A DNA stretch of 64,000 bases, from positions 79,926,204 to 79,990,203 of the forward strand of contig NC_068983.1 in the NCBI RefSeq assembly GCF_001194135.2, written 5' to 3'. A program made the translations under genes and the position numbers. Position 1 is the stretch's first letter. The number at the start of each line of letters is the position of its first letter. This DNA is from Octopus bimaculoides (Eukaryota). The notes beneath the pieces are model-generated. The model worked only from the letters and a program-made list of their open reading frames with translations, was not told the DNA's origin and did not search any database. Below, piece after piece: positions 26,858 to 40,097 of the stretch.

Positions 26858-26984
26858 GTTTACAGGAATGCAGAATTTATGTAGAAATTATTTTCCTTCT
26901 GATATTTATTTGAATGTATTAGTTAATTACTTACCCAATATAAAAATTAATTTTAATTAAAGTATAATCAAGTAAAACTATCAC

Positions 26985-28678
26985 CTCTGACACCGGACTC
27001 TATAACTCCTATGAAATTTACACTAGCAATGCTACAATGCCACCTTAAGAATATACATAACTATACCTCTCCTGGTCTTGATGGTGTTACATAATTACTT
27101 CTCAAACGTGGTGGGTACTTTCTTCTGAACCAACTTTCACTGTTCTTTCAATTCTGACTTGACAATGGTGTTACTCCAGAGCTGTGGAAAGCTGCCAATG
27201 TTATCCCTCTGTTCAAAAAAGGTGACCGCACATCGCCTGTCAACTATCGCCCCGTCAGTCTTACTAGCTGCATCGTCAAACTGATGGAATCCTGTGTCAG
27301 AGAAACTCTCTGGAACTTCTGGAAGTCTTGCAGCCTCATCCAGCCATCACAATTTGGATTTATTCCTAACTCCAGCTGCTGTAATCAACTCATTGAGTTT
27401 CTTGAGGACATTACCCAAATCATTGATGGCGGCTCCCGGGTGGACGTTGTTTACCTGAACTTTGCCAAGGCTTTTAATTCTGTGCCAGACAAAAGACTTA
27501 TGGTGAAACTCTCTGCAATGGGATGATCTTTATAACTGGTTGGAGTCCTTCATTATCGGCCCAAAAGAAGTTGTCACAGTTCTAGGACAGCACTCTTCAC
27601 CCTATGAGATGACATCTGGTGTACCACGGGGAACTGTTCTTGGCCCCCTTTTATTTGTCGCATATATTAATGATATAGATGCCAATTTAAAGAATGCTAC
27701 AGTGCTGAAATATGCAGATGACATCAAGCTGTACCTCAAAATAAAGAGAACAGATCCTGTACACTTTAGATCTTTATTACAATCAGACCTGGAAACAATG
27801 CAGCAATGGATCATGGATTGGTAACTCAAGCTGGCTGTGGACAAATGTACCACCATGCATTATGGGAGGAAAAACCCAGCGTCTACTTACTCCTGCCACA
27901 ACACTAGTCTCAAAAATTCTTCTTGTGAACATGACCTGGGCATTATTGTCGACAGCGATTTGCATTGGACAAAACACATTGCTAAAATTGCCAAGAAGAC
28001 TGAGGATGTCTTGGCATCACTTACCAAGTCCTTTATGAGCCGCTCTCCGGCTATCTATCTGAGGCTTTATATAGCCATGGTGCGGCCTCACCTGGAATTT
28101 GCATCACCGGCCTGAAACCCCTATCTTGCCCAGGATATTAATCGTCTGGAAGCCGTTCAGCAATGTGCAACCAGGAGAATACCCGCCATCAGGCATTTGC
28201 CATACTCTGAACGCCTTACTTCCCTGGGCATGGATACATTGAAACTCTGACATCTGGCAACTGACTTGGTAGACATCCATCAAATTATTAACCATCTTAC
28301 TAACAATGACTGTGAGCACCTTTTCAAATTCCACCTGTCTAACATCCGTGGACATGTTTACAAAGTCAGAAAACAGCACAGCTCCCATGACTTTCAGAAA
28401 CATTTTCTTACACTAAGAGTTGCTGAAGTATGGAACAAACTCCTGGCATCAGTTGTTAGTTGTCGGAGCACTGCATCCTTCAAAACTTCCACGCTTCCTG
28501 AGATTTGCCAACACTACACCTGATTTTCTCCCCTCCATACACACTCAAGCACGTATCTGACTCATATACTTTTCACTTTCGAGGTATTTGTACATTACTG
28601 TATATGCTTTATACGCACTTTTGACAAGTTGTAGTGCACCTGAGCACTGTATACAATAATTTCATTATTATTATTATA
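26985..28678 (+). mobile_element. CR1-clade LINE, 5'-truncated, with (ATT)n tail
   Basis: SPGLDG, NYRPVSLTS, QPSQFGF, VDVVYLNFAKAFNSV, GVPRGTVLGPLLFVAYIND, KYADDIKLY, EHDLGIIVDSDLHW, YIAMVRPHLEFASP. 3' stem-loop agtgc-acctga-gcact before the tail. Confidence 0.95.
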
Positions 28679-29430
28679 GACTAACATTTTTTCTTATTGT
28701 AATCTCTGGGTATTTAAATTTTTGAATAAATATTACTATTTTCCTGTTGCTGTTTTCTTCCTAAGAAGTTTCATATGTTGTTTTCTGTCAGACTATAAAA
28801 GTAAAACATATTTATGTAACTTTCAAGTAACGGTGTGTTATGTTAAAGTTGTTTCCAAACAAATTTCAGACATTTGCATAATGTTTGGTACAATTATTTT
28901 TTTCTTTTAATTACATTCATATTTTTATTGATAGGCTTTCAGCTGTAAAATCGTTTCCTATTTTTTACTTTTTAATATAAAGACACTGAGGCAAATAGTT
29001 TTATGTTTTGCCAAGGAGGAAACTAGAATTATTATCAAATTATTAAGTAACTTGCATTTTATTCTTTTGACCTCCCTTTTTATTGACGAAAATTAGAACA
29101 TACAAAATTTATTTAGCATTAGGCCTATTTATTTTTCATAGCAGTATGCATTGATGCATTAAATAATCGGTATGAGGAGCAAAAAACTGAAGCCTGAAGA
29201 AACTAGTGATGTTTTATTGCAGCAAAGAGAGAGAGAGAGAGAAGTTGATAAGATTTGTAAAATAATATGTTATTAAAGAGTGTAGGTTTATGTTCTGTGA
29301 GGTGAGGTGACCTCTGTCGGAGGCCCTTTTTGAAAAGAACCAGTGGAAAATTGCAATAAACTATATGCTTGAAGGAAGAGAGATCATTTTACTTCATATG
29401 TTTTATGACTGTTTTTTTTTTCCATACTAG

Positions 29431-29503
29431 TGTGGGTTAGATGAATATGCTATAGAAGCATTGCTTTACTGCTGCTGGATGCCATTTCTTACCTGTTTGT
29501 CAA
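29431..29503 (+). other. Candidate 73-nt internal exon
   Basis: tgac...tttttttttccatactag acceptor and caa|gtaagg donor; single open frame CGLDEYAIEALLYCCWMPFLTCLS. No homolog recognised. Confidence 0.3.
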
Positions 29504-32500
29504 GTAAGGAATCTCTTATTCTACATTGCATCAAAGACACAGAATGGGCCAATAAGCTATTGACAGAAGTGCCAACAGCACAACTCAAATATTGTTAATT
29601 TTGAAAAAAGTGAACATAGATGTAAACACATATACATGCATAAACACACATTTGCATATACTTACATATGTATGCACTCATATACACACTTGCGCATACA
29701 CATACATGCATTGTGTTACATTATATTGTATACATTCATGTGACAAGCTTCTTTTCAACTTCTGTTAACCAAATTTATTCACATAGTTTTAGTCAAGCTA
29801 GGGTTATATGAGAAGACACTTGCCTGTGGTGCCATGAAATGGGACTGAACTCAAAACCACAAAGATGGGAAGCAAATTTCTTAAACCACATGGCCATGTC
29901 TTACATTCATATGGGGGACAAATTTTCAATTTTGTTATGATAAGATAGAAAGATGTTTCTATATTATTGAATATAAGTATGCATAAGCAGTGAATTATGT
30001 TTGACATGTCATTAAATAGCTTACATTGAAATAATATTATGCTATTTTTGTGGTATGTAACTGGAACTTAAAAACTGCATTAAACTAAGAAAATGCTCAG
30101 CTTTTGGCAACATTGATTCTGAATGTAAATGAGAAGAGATGGAACAATATAACAATGTGTAATGATTTAAAACTTATGAAATATGCTGAAAGATAGCCAT
30201 ATTACAATAAAGACAAGCAAAATATTCCTCGAGGGTATATTTATGGATATATTTAAAGTAAAAGCCTAAAAATTATTTCCTAAGGCTTCTGCATATTGTT
30301 CACTTAAAAGGAACCTAAATTCTTGACAGTTTAGCAATTTCTCTAATCTGATGCCATTAAAGAAAGATTTGAGGACTTCGTTATAAGCTTATTTCATTTT
30401 TACATATGCAGTCATTAAAAAGAAATAAACATTTGCTTAAGTAAATACATTAGCCAACCATTTTCATCAGGAAAACAAAAACAAAATGTTCATCTGTTGG
30501 TAACAATTTATGCTTGTCACCTGGTAGCTCTTTCATAATGTTTTCCATTTTTGTTAATCATTCTGAATTGTGTATTATTTGATTAATGAAGCTGAATTAT
30601 CTAGAACTGTAAAACTCATTGCCCATTATTATGAATTTAATAATCTTTTCATAAATCTATCATGTACTTCAATTATTTATGCAGCTGAATATGGTTAATG
30701 AATGATTTATTAAATCTCTTTTTTTTAAAAGTAGATAATGCTTGCACATATTTCATTTGCATTCAGAACATATTCTTTATTCTTGTTCTTATTAGTGTGA
30801 TAGATAATGAAATATCACCACTTTGTCATTATGTTCGTCTCATTTAGTAGATTTTCATCATAAATTCTTTCAATATAGCTTTAAAAAAATCTATATTTTT
30901 TGAATAACTTACATTGCTTACTGTATATTTTTGTGAAGAAGCCATTGTACTAACATTCTATACTCATAATATACAAGACTATTCCTGTAAACCTTCTGCT
31001 CAGATTTACTTTTTCTCATACATAATCTATTCTGAGAATCAACCCCCTCTAGCATTTTCATTGTAACTAGCATCCAATTTTTCAAGCTTCATGTTAACTT
31101 GTGTAATCTAAAATATACAATCTTTCTCAACTTAACTGAGAAAAGCCTGTGAGCTATAGCCACCCACTTAAACATAACAATTAAAAACATTATCCATGTC
31201 TAATTAACACTCATGCCATGTTACATCAGGAATTTTGCAAGTTGGACATAATGAGAATTCTTTCTCATTTCAATTAAAGCTAAACAGATAAACCACATTT
31301 TTCTTTTTTTTGGTGGAGGGGTTGTTTAGTGATTTACCAGATTATATGATTATGTAATAGCATCTTAGTCATATAATTATTAATATAACTGTATATATTT
31401 TACTACTAAGACAGTGATCAAGGACTAAATATCCTTATTTAATATATGTTTGATACAGTTTTTGGACTATATCAAGCAAATTATCAAATTAGTAGAGGGT
31501 ATACTTAGCTCATTTAAAGAATTCCCAAATGTGAGATGTTGAGTGCACTTCTTTGCACTTAAATTCACACTTTAATATATCACTGTTTCCTTTTCCTTAA
31601 TTAAGAAACTTTAATTCTAATTTGCCTTCAAAGTCATTTCTGCTAAATTAGTAAATTATTCTGTATATTTAATTAAAGTTACTATTTTTACCAACAGATG
31701 GCCACATTTATTGCACATGAAAATGTTGCTGGTTTAAGCAGAAAGTGATTCATAGTTCCCAGTCTTTAATAAAACTCATGAAAGTGAGGCTTTGTGTCTG
31801 CTTGAAAGAAAAACCGTTATGGCATATTTTTTCTCATTTTTTAAGTTTCATTTTATCTTTTAATATAAAGAAATTTCATGTAATAATATGATAGATGTAT
31901 GGTCATCAAGTAGGATTCAATAGATTGGCCAAAAAATAAAAAGTTTTTGTTCTAAGCACACAAGAAGCAAAAGAAAGACATGGCCATATCCTTGGATACT
32001 AGTTGCTCTATGTTTGAATCCTAAGGATGTAAAAAACATTGCAGTGTAAAAGATGTGTGTTTTATATAGAATGCTTATGAACATTTTTACGTATACGTAA
32101 ACCACTACTCTCTGCAGAATTGTTTCCACTATTTGTATACCAATATAGAATATACAAAGCATCCCAAAGCTATCATTTATGATTTTGTAGGACTTGTTCA
32201 TATAAAGAGTATGACTGCATGTTGTGTATGTTATGTTTACAATGAGTAGTGATGTGTTTTTGAAAAAAAAATGTGTATCTTGCTATTGTTCACCATAACT
32301 ATATTGTCTACATTTCATGTTTATATATTTTAAATATCTCCTCTTATAAAGGATTTACTCACCAAATGACTAGTATCAATGGTGTCTAATGTATGGAAAG
32401 TGCAATAAACAAACTGCGTGATATTGCAGCTGCATCAGTGTTGTAGTTTGATTGGTCACTTTGTAATAAAAAAATTCTGTTTACATTGTCTTAAAATTCT

Positions 32501-33025
32501 TCACTTGTGATTATGATAATTATTTTTCACATAAAAATCATCATCTTTGGGTCAAGCTTGCTCAGAATTGCATGAACCTGATCCTCATCCCATCTCTATC
32601 TTCCATTGCATGTGATAGATCCTCTAGATTACATCATTTGTTTATAGACAGACATGTTTTTTATGAGCCATCATTGTGATTTCAAAGTGTTACTAATCAG
32701 TTCCTCCTTAGCAGTACCCGGCAAAGTGGACTTTTTTTTCTCTAATGGTGTCTGTATTTTAGGAAGCTTTTTGTATATTATTTCTGTTTGGAAGCTCAAT
32801 AAAACCAGTAAATCCTATGACATACTATGGAGTCAACATAGAGAGACAAATATTAAGCTATGTATCAGCAACATGTGGACAGTAATTAAATGTCTCAATG
32901 TAATTATAGAATTCAAAGCTCTCAGTGAAATCAAGAAAGGAACATCTTCCATGCAGTGTTTAAATCTGTTACTTTGAGACTCTTACATTTGGGCCATATA
33001 AAAAATACCTATAGCTATGCTGGAT

Positions 33026-33056
<31 letters not shown>

Positions 33057-33073
33057 GCACACACATTCACTCA

Positions 33074-33111
<38 letters not shown>

Positions 33112-34179
33112 CACACACACATGCACACATACATTTTCGGTGTTATGAAGTAATGTCTTACCAATTTTTCTAAAACTCTTGTGCAGGAATTTAAAACTCC
33201 TGAAGCTTCATAGAGTGAACCCTTCCATAAATATAGATCTAATGAAATACACTGTCCTTGTGTTTTAAATTAATTTTAAGATAATTAAGGATTTGAAGAC
33301 CTTTAGTAAATAGCTTACTGTTGTTATTATCAACTTAATGTGGTTTGGCAGAATAATAAGATTCATCAGGCAAAATACCATGAAGGAAGTCTCCCATCCT
33401 TACAGAGTCGAAAAAATAAAGTGCCAATCAAGTACTAGAATTGATTTAAATTAACTGCTGATTTTGCATAGTACTGCAGGATCAAGTTCTCACTCAAATG
33501 TGGGACTGTAACAGGTTAAGTGGCATATCATTTAAATTACGCAGCTACCACATCAATATTATTGATCTAGAGTATGTTATATTGCTGCTAACACAAAACA
33601 TGCATATATACACATACATGCTACCATTCATTCAAACACTCTATAAAAAACAAAGTGGACTCCTTTTTTTTTTAATACAAAAGAAATAATTAAGTTAGTG
33701 CTCGAAACATAACTTTACAAAATGGTCTTAGACAAAATTATGATGGGAGGCTTTTAATTTAAATATGAACACTTTAAATCAAGAGGATTTGTATCATAGA
33801 ACAAGAGGTGGTCTTAGGCAGGTTGCTATCAAAAGTTGAGGAGTTTAAATGTCTTTATTCTTTTAATTAGTGGTTTTTCCATATCTTTCAGTTATTTGCC
33901 ACATTTTTTCTGTTCATTTAAAAAATTTCTCTTCTTTTTTAAATTTTCACAACTTGAAAATAAAACAATGTATCAGTAAAATATACAAATATAAAATTTT
34001 GAAATACCTTATTAGTGTGAGTGGTTGACCGTTAATTTCAATGGAAGCTGTCAGAGTACATTGTTAAATCCTTCACTCAAAATCTTAATTCCTTTAAGCC
34101 AAAGTTATCCACCATTGCCAGACTTTCAAGAAATTACATTCTTCCTTATTTATACTGGTTTCACTCATTAGACTATCAC

Positions 34180-34400
34180 AAATCTGGGACACAGTCTTCT
34201 AGGATACAGTTGATTAAATGGACCACAGTATGGATTTTATCAACTAGTACTTATTTTATCCAGTAACCTTATTTTATCAATTAGTATTTATTTTATCAAC
34301 TCAGAAAAATCAAAGGCAAAGTGGATCTGCATGGGATTCGAACTCAGAACATAAAGGATGGTACCAAATACTACAAAACACTTATCTGACCATCTACCAT
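34180..34400 (-). mobile_element. Decayed family A SINE with a local triplication of cttattttatc
   Basis: aaaggcaaagtggatc...attcgaactcagaac. Confidence 0.7.
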
Positions 34401-35120
34401 TTCACATCTAGGGCATTAAGTGTGTACATTTTATATATCATTACTACAAAATGCTTAAAATCTGCTAATTTTCCAGGGGAGTACTGATGACTATAATGCT
34501 TTCTCATTATATTGAATATCGTCTATAATATCCTGTAATTTTTTTTTTTTAATCGAAATCAATTAGATTTTGCTTTCAACCTGCCTGAAGTATTGATTTA
34601 GTTGATGATTTTTCATGTTTCTGAAGCAATTTACACATGGGTTTATGTATTTTCCAATAAACTAGTATGATAAATAGTGCACTTTATTAAGGTTGACTAC
34701 ATTAGACAATATCGATAGATTTATTGTGATGAAAGAAGTCATACTTGTATCTTTAAGCATTTATTGATGTAACAGTTTATATCTGGGAGTTTCTATTGGA
34801 GTATCTTCATCAGTAGTCATGACGACCGTAAGTATTCCGCTTGATGAAACTTGTAGTTAGTTGAGCTGTAATGAACTCAGCGTTTTTTTTTAGTGGATAC
34901 ACTACTGGCAAAACTTTTATTCTGTAATGAAGCTGTAAATGTCAGCAATTTTCTTTCCCATAGATTATTGAGTAAAACCTTAGTAATCTGGTGTTTGACT
35001 GAAGAGACATCAACTCACCTGATATCGGTATGTTTTATATAATGTGCTTTAATATGTACTTCTAACGTTTAGTTATATAATATGTTTATATTAGTAAAAC
35101 AATTTATTTTCTCTCTTTTA

Positions 35121-35166
<46 letters not shown>

Positions 35167-35229
35167 NNNNNNNNNNNNNNNNNNNNNNNNNNNNNNNNNN
35201 NNNNNNNNNNNNNNNNNNNNNNNNNNNNN
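35167..35229. other. Assembly gap
   Basis: N run. Other gaps at 45749-45944, 47428-47437 and 49933-50061, all at or next to microsatellites. Confidence 1.
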
Positions 35230-35749
35230 ATATATCAATAAACTTATTCTCTGATTTTGTGATTTTTCTAGTTATTCTGAAATGTTGTTTATTCTCTGTG
35301 TCTTATTTTTATCAGTAAATATATTTTGTTTAACAGAGTAGCTAAGGTTATATAGACTAATAATTCCTTACCTTTCTTTCATCTTATATGCACACACACA
35401 CACACACATGTATTTCTTAAGGTGAACAAAAGTTCAGGAATTCAACCCCATTTTGAATAATTATATAACAGGGACCAAAACATAAATAATGACAAAACTC
35501 AGAATTAGTTGCTTGTTTAATATAACCTTGACTATATCTACTCTTAATTTGAAGGGTTTTAATGTACTAGTATGTTAGTGCTCTTCATTTCTCTGATATG
35601 ATGTTTAAAAGAAAATTAATTTTCAAGAAGAATTTTTGAAATAGTCAATGCTTAATTTTCGTGTGGTGAAAGTTCCTTGTAAAATAGTATTTTTCTCACA
35701 CATAGTATGTATTATTTCGTTATTTTTGTTAGCCACTAATAACCTATCA

Positions 35750-37570
35750 ATCAGGTGACTCTGCTAGCCAGATTGATTTCATTTTCACCAAACAGTGGGA
35801 TGCATGGTTGCTCTTAAATACAAAGGCCCTCCCTGGTGAAGAATGTATCCCCCAACATAGACTAGTTATTAATGACTTTAGACTCAAGGCTAGAAGGATG
35901 CCCAAAACCAGACCAATCTGGAAAAGAAGGACTTGGGAGCTTAGGAAACCTTCACATGTTCAGAGATTTGGGGGTATCCTTACCGAGAAATTTGATAGTA
36001 GAGTGGAGGAGCTTCATTCATGTGGCATAGAAGGCAGCTGGAAATTCCTGCGAGACAGTTTGCTGAGTACCACAGATGAAATCTGCAGCTGGTGCAAAGT
36101 TCCTTCCAGACCTAGGGTAACATGGTGGTGGCGCAATACTGTAGACAGGGCCATTAGAGCAAAGAAACAGACTTGGAATTCCTGGAAGAGTTGGGGTAGT
36201 AGGAGAATTATCAGATAGCCAAAAGGGAAGCTAAGAGACAGGTATATATAGCCAAGAGAGTAGCAGAAAAGAAAAAGTTTGCCAATGTTCACTGACTTGA
36301 GGACCAAAGAACTGAAGTATTTCGGATTACAAGACAGTGTGTGAGAAAAAACCGTGATATCATAGGTTAGTAAGAGTTGTACAAGCCCTGTACAGGGATT
36401 CTGTCAGTAAGGTGAAGGTTGGCAACAAGTATAGTGAAGTATTCTGGGTAGAAGTAGAAGTTCACCAAGGATCAGTCCTCATCCCACTCTTATTCATTAT
36501 AGTCCTCCAATCAATAACAGAGGGATTCAAGACAGACTGCCCTTGGCAGCTCCTCTATGCTGATGACCTTGCTCTAATAGCCAAGTCACTGCCAGAACTG
36601 GAGACAAAGTTTAGGGTGTGGAAGCAAGATATAGAATCGAAGGGCCTTAGGGTTAACCTAACAAAAACCGAAGTCTTAGTAAGTAGGAAGGCTGTCAATC
36701 ACAACCCCCTTCAGATAGATGGCCCTGCTTGATCTGTAGAAAAGGCGTGGGTAGAAACTCCATATGATGTAGCCTGTGTAAGCTATGGACACATAAAAGG
36801 CGCAGCAATATCAAAGGAAGGTTAATTGGGAAAATAGTTTTTGTGTGTGGTAGTTGCACTGGAGCAATAAACACTGAAGATGTACAGAAAACAGATTCTA
36901 TCACATGCCAGGAGGAGAAACTAGAAGTAGTTAATAGCTTCTGCTATGTTGGCAACCAAGTCTGTAGTGGGGGCAGTTGCTCTGAGAGTGTAGCGACTAG
37001 AGTAAGAATAACCGGGGCAAAGTTCAGGGAGCTCCTACCTCTGCTGGCAACTAAGGGCCTCTCGCTCAGGATGAAAGGTAGACTATGATTCATGTGTGTG
37101 AACTTCCATGCTACACAGCAGTGAAACATGGGCCATGAATGCTGAGGACATGCATAGATTTGAAAGAAATCAAGCTAGTATGATCCGCTGGATGTGTAAT
37201 GTCAGTGTGCACACACGACAGAGTGTAAGCACCCTGAGAGAAAAGTTAGGCATAAGAAGCTTCAAATGTGGTGTGCAAGAGAGGTGACTGCACTAGTATG
37301 ACCATGTGTTACGTATGATTGAAGACAGTTGTATGAGGAAGTGCCACTCCCTAACTGTAGATGGATCGTGTGGAAGAGGTAGACCCGGTGGCATGTAAAA
37401 AGCACCCACTACACTCTCAGAGTGGTTGGCATTAGGAAGAGCATCCTGCTGTAGAAGCATTGCCAGACCAGTTTGGAGCCTGGTGTAGCTGCTGGCCCTA
37501 CAGACCACAGTCAAACCGTCCAGCCCATGCCAACATGGAAGACTGACATTAAATGATGATGATGATGATA
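35750..37570 (+). mobile_element. RTE-clade LINE, 5'-truncated and internally deleted, with (GAT)n tail
   Basis: APE C-terminus (SQIDFI...PQHRLVI), RT motifs VHQGSVLIPLLF and LLYADDL, a PHD-like insert, F(C)YVG, the RTE C-terminus (GRGRP), and a 3' UTR ending in gatgatgat. Confidence 0.95.
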
Positions 37571-37610
37571 TTTAGGTGGACGTTATGAATTTGTAGAAAT
37601 CAATAATAAA

Positions 37611-39080
37611 GGGTTTCTTCCAGAAAATATGTCATGATCAAAATTCAATTTCAACATCAACGTTAAATTTATCATCAGCCTCATTTTCATTACCTTCTGT
37701 CTCAATTACATTATTGTCTGTTTCAGTTTTATCATCATCAAGTTTAATTCCATCATTGTTAACTTAAGTGTCGTCACTGTAAGATGTAGCGGTTTTGTTT
37801 GTTATTTTTTTTTTTCTAATGAGCAAACATTGATATTAGTAATTACTTGTCACAAAATTGTGAAAGAATGTTAACATTAAAATGCTTTTGTTAAGATTAC
37901 AATTTTTGTATAATAAAGATTGTTGTACCATATACATTACCATCAATGCACATACATTTATCTTAGATGTAAAACTACATACTATATTATATGCATGTAT
38001 AACATGACAATTTCTAGCACAATTATCTTTGGTAATCAGAGCCAACTCAGTATCATCAATATATTTAGCTTAACAATATTCTTTACTTCACAAGTCCTCA
38101 GGTAATTCTCTCATTTACTAAGCATATTTTCAATGGAAGTGAACTGGAGTGTTTATGGACATAAGAATCATACTTCAGAGTATTTTGAAGTAATTAACTC
38201 TAAAACATCTCTGTTTTTATGAAAAAGAATGTTGTCCAAATCAGTGTACACTTCTAGCATTTTTCTTTGATCCTATTAAGAAACATCAATAAAATCATAA
38301 AAGTTAAAGTAGTTGAAGGCATGATTTCTCTGTTTATTGTATATTTCCCCATTTTTGTTCAGTATATATTTTGGAAATGCACTCAGAAGATTGTCCAGTT
38401 TTTGCTCTATCATATTTAGATCTTGTGCAAATGTTGAACCCAGCTTCATCGTTAAGAAAAAAAACTTTCCTCTCAGATTTCCTATCAAAAGAACTTGAAA
38501 ATCTTTGGCATAACTTATTCTCTACTTCACACTTCTTGAATGTGTAATGGAGACTTTTAACACATTATCAACAATTATTTTTGACAACTTTACATTAAAT
38601 TGCTCAAAATTTATTGGACAACATTTTAAAATATATATGGAATTTTTCATTGACTGAGATTTGTAGAAAATTTTAAATTTCTTCCAAAATTTTAGTGTTT
38701 CAAAAAAAACCTCCTTGATTCTTTTGGTTGAAACAACCTTTCTGTTTGTATATTTGAATAGTAGTTTCAACACTTGTCTGAGGATCTAGTACAGAGGTAA
38801 TTTCAGTTACAGTACAACCTTTATCATAATTAGGCACAATTATTCTTCTAACTTCATTTGAAATTCTATTCCTCTGGTTGACCATGATGAGTGATGAACA
38901 ATACCACTAATAAACATTAAATTTAAGTTGATATTAATGAAATTAAAGTTAATGTTGAAATCAAGGTTGATGATAACTAAATTGAGATAGATGACAACAT
39001 AATTAAGACTGAAGATAACAGAATTGAGGCTAATGATGATGAATTTGAGGTTGGTAGTGACGAATTTGAGTGGGAAACCC
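37611..39080 (-). mobile_element. Decayed Tc1/IS630-like transposon with inverted 21-bp minisatellite arms
   Basis: Minus ORF 38700-38885 (RNRISNEVRRIIV...YDKG...SVETTIQIYKQKG...QGG) looks like a transposase HTH. Inverted arrays of ~21-bp units at about 37642-37768 and 38915-39070; outer gggtttc / gaaaccc. Confidence 0.5.
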
Positions 39081-39916
39081 CATGAGTTACAGAAACTAAA
39101 GAGAAATTCTCAGGTTTTACATTTCCATCTGAATTTTATGATTATAATATTTCATATTGATGGTTACATGGTTATATGATTAACTGAGACCTTATACATT
39201 ATTACATCTAATATAAATTTGTCTGATTATAAGACATGATATGATACTAACCTAGTGAATTAATTTTTATATCCATTTGTCATCGCTTATAAACCCTCTG
39301 AATAATATCTGTTATAATTATCTTTAGGAGTTTCTGGAAAAATTATGAATATATTACAATAAGTTGTTTGAATATTGTTATAGAGATAATTGAATTTTCA
39401 TGCATATGATAATTTACAAGATCTTATGTTAGTCATTATTATCAGGAAGATAAAATTCATTGCTACTGGTATTACATTACAATGAATGACTCAATAACCA
39501 GAATAGAATATCACAAATTTAAAGTGATACTTAATGTTTGAAAAGTTTCATCCTTTGGTATGTAAACAGAATCCTAAAAGAAAGTATTTTTAGAAATTTA
39601 AAAAAAGATTATTACCATTAACTAACAAGTATGATTCTAATCATTCATACATAGAACCACATATTCTTTTGTTAACATTATGTTAAGCTTTTTGATATTC
39701 TTCGTATGATAAGTAATTCAAAGAAACTGCTTTTCAATTAATTTTGCTTGTATAGAGAATTCCTTGTTGATTTCAGCTACCCAAATTGTGTAACAAAGAA
39801 AAAGAACATTGTTAAAATTTTAGATATACCATGTCTTAAGATTAGTATGGAGGATTCATTAATCAGCAAAAAGACTTTGTAGTAGTGAATGTTATAGAGG
39901 TATTTTTCATATATAT

Positions 39917-40097
39917 TTTGGGGAGGAGGCCAGTCAATTAGATCAACTCCAGTATGAAACTGGTACTTAATTTATCGACCTCGAAAGGATGAAAGGCAAA
40001 GTTGACCTCGGTGGAATTTGAACTCAGAACATAAAGATAGACAATATACTGCTAAGTATTTCGCCTGGTGTGCTAATATTTCTGCTAGCTCACTGCC
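39917..40097 (-). mobile_element. Family A SINE
   Basis: aaggatgaaaggcaaagttgacctcggtggaatttgaactcagaac...gctcactgcc. Confidence 0.9.

Noticed and set aside
29460-29490. CWMPF resembling the GPCR TM6 CWxP motif
   Set aside because: The preceding residues are acidic rather than a hydrophobic helix, and no other GPCR segments were found.
31680-31750. ccaacag|ATGGCC short ORF MATFIAHENVAGLSRK
   Set aside because: There is no credible donor and the ORF is only 16 codons.
34776-34833. Exon-like LYLGVSIGVSSSVVMTT ending in a perfect GTAAGT donor
   Set aside because: The acceptor is weak. The region carries CTGATGA...GAAAC-like remnants on the minus strand, suggesting a decayed Penelope-like repeat, and those remnants are too degenerate to call a hammerhead.
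38075-38106. cctcag|gtaatt second ratchet-like motif
   Set aside because: It has an upstream AG, a weak tract and a weak donor, and lies inside the decayed transposon.
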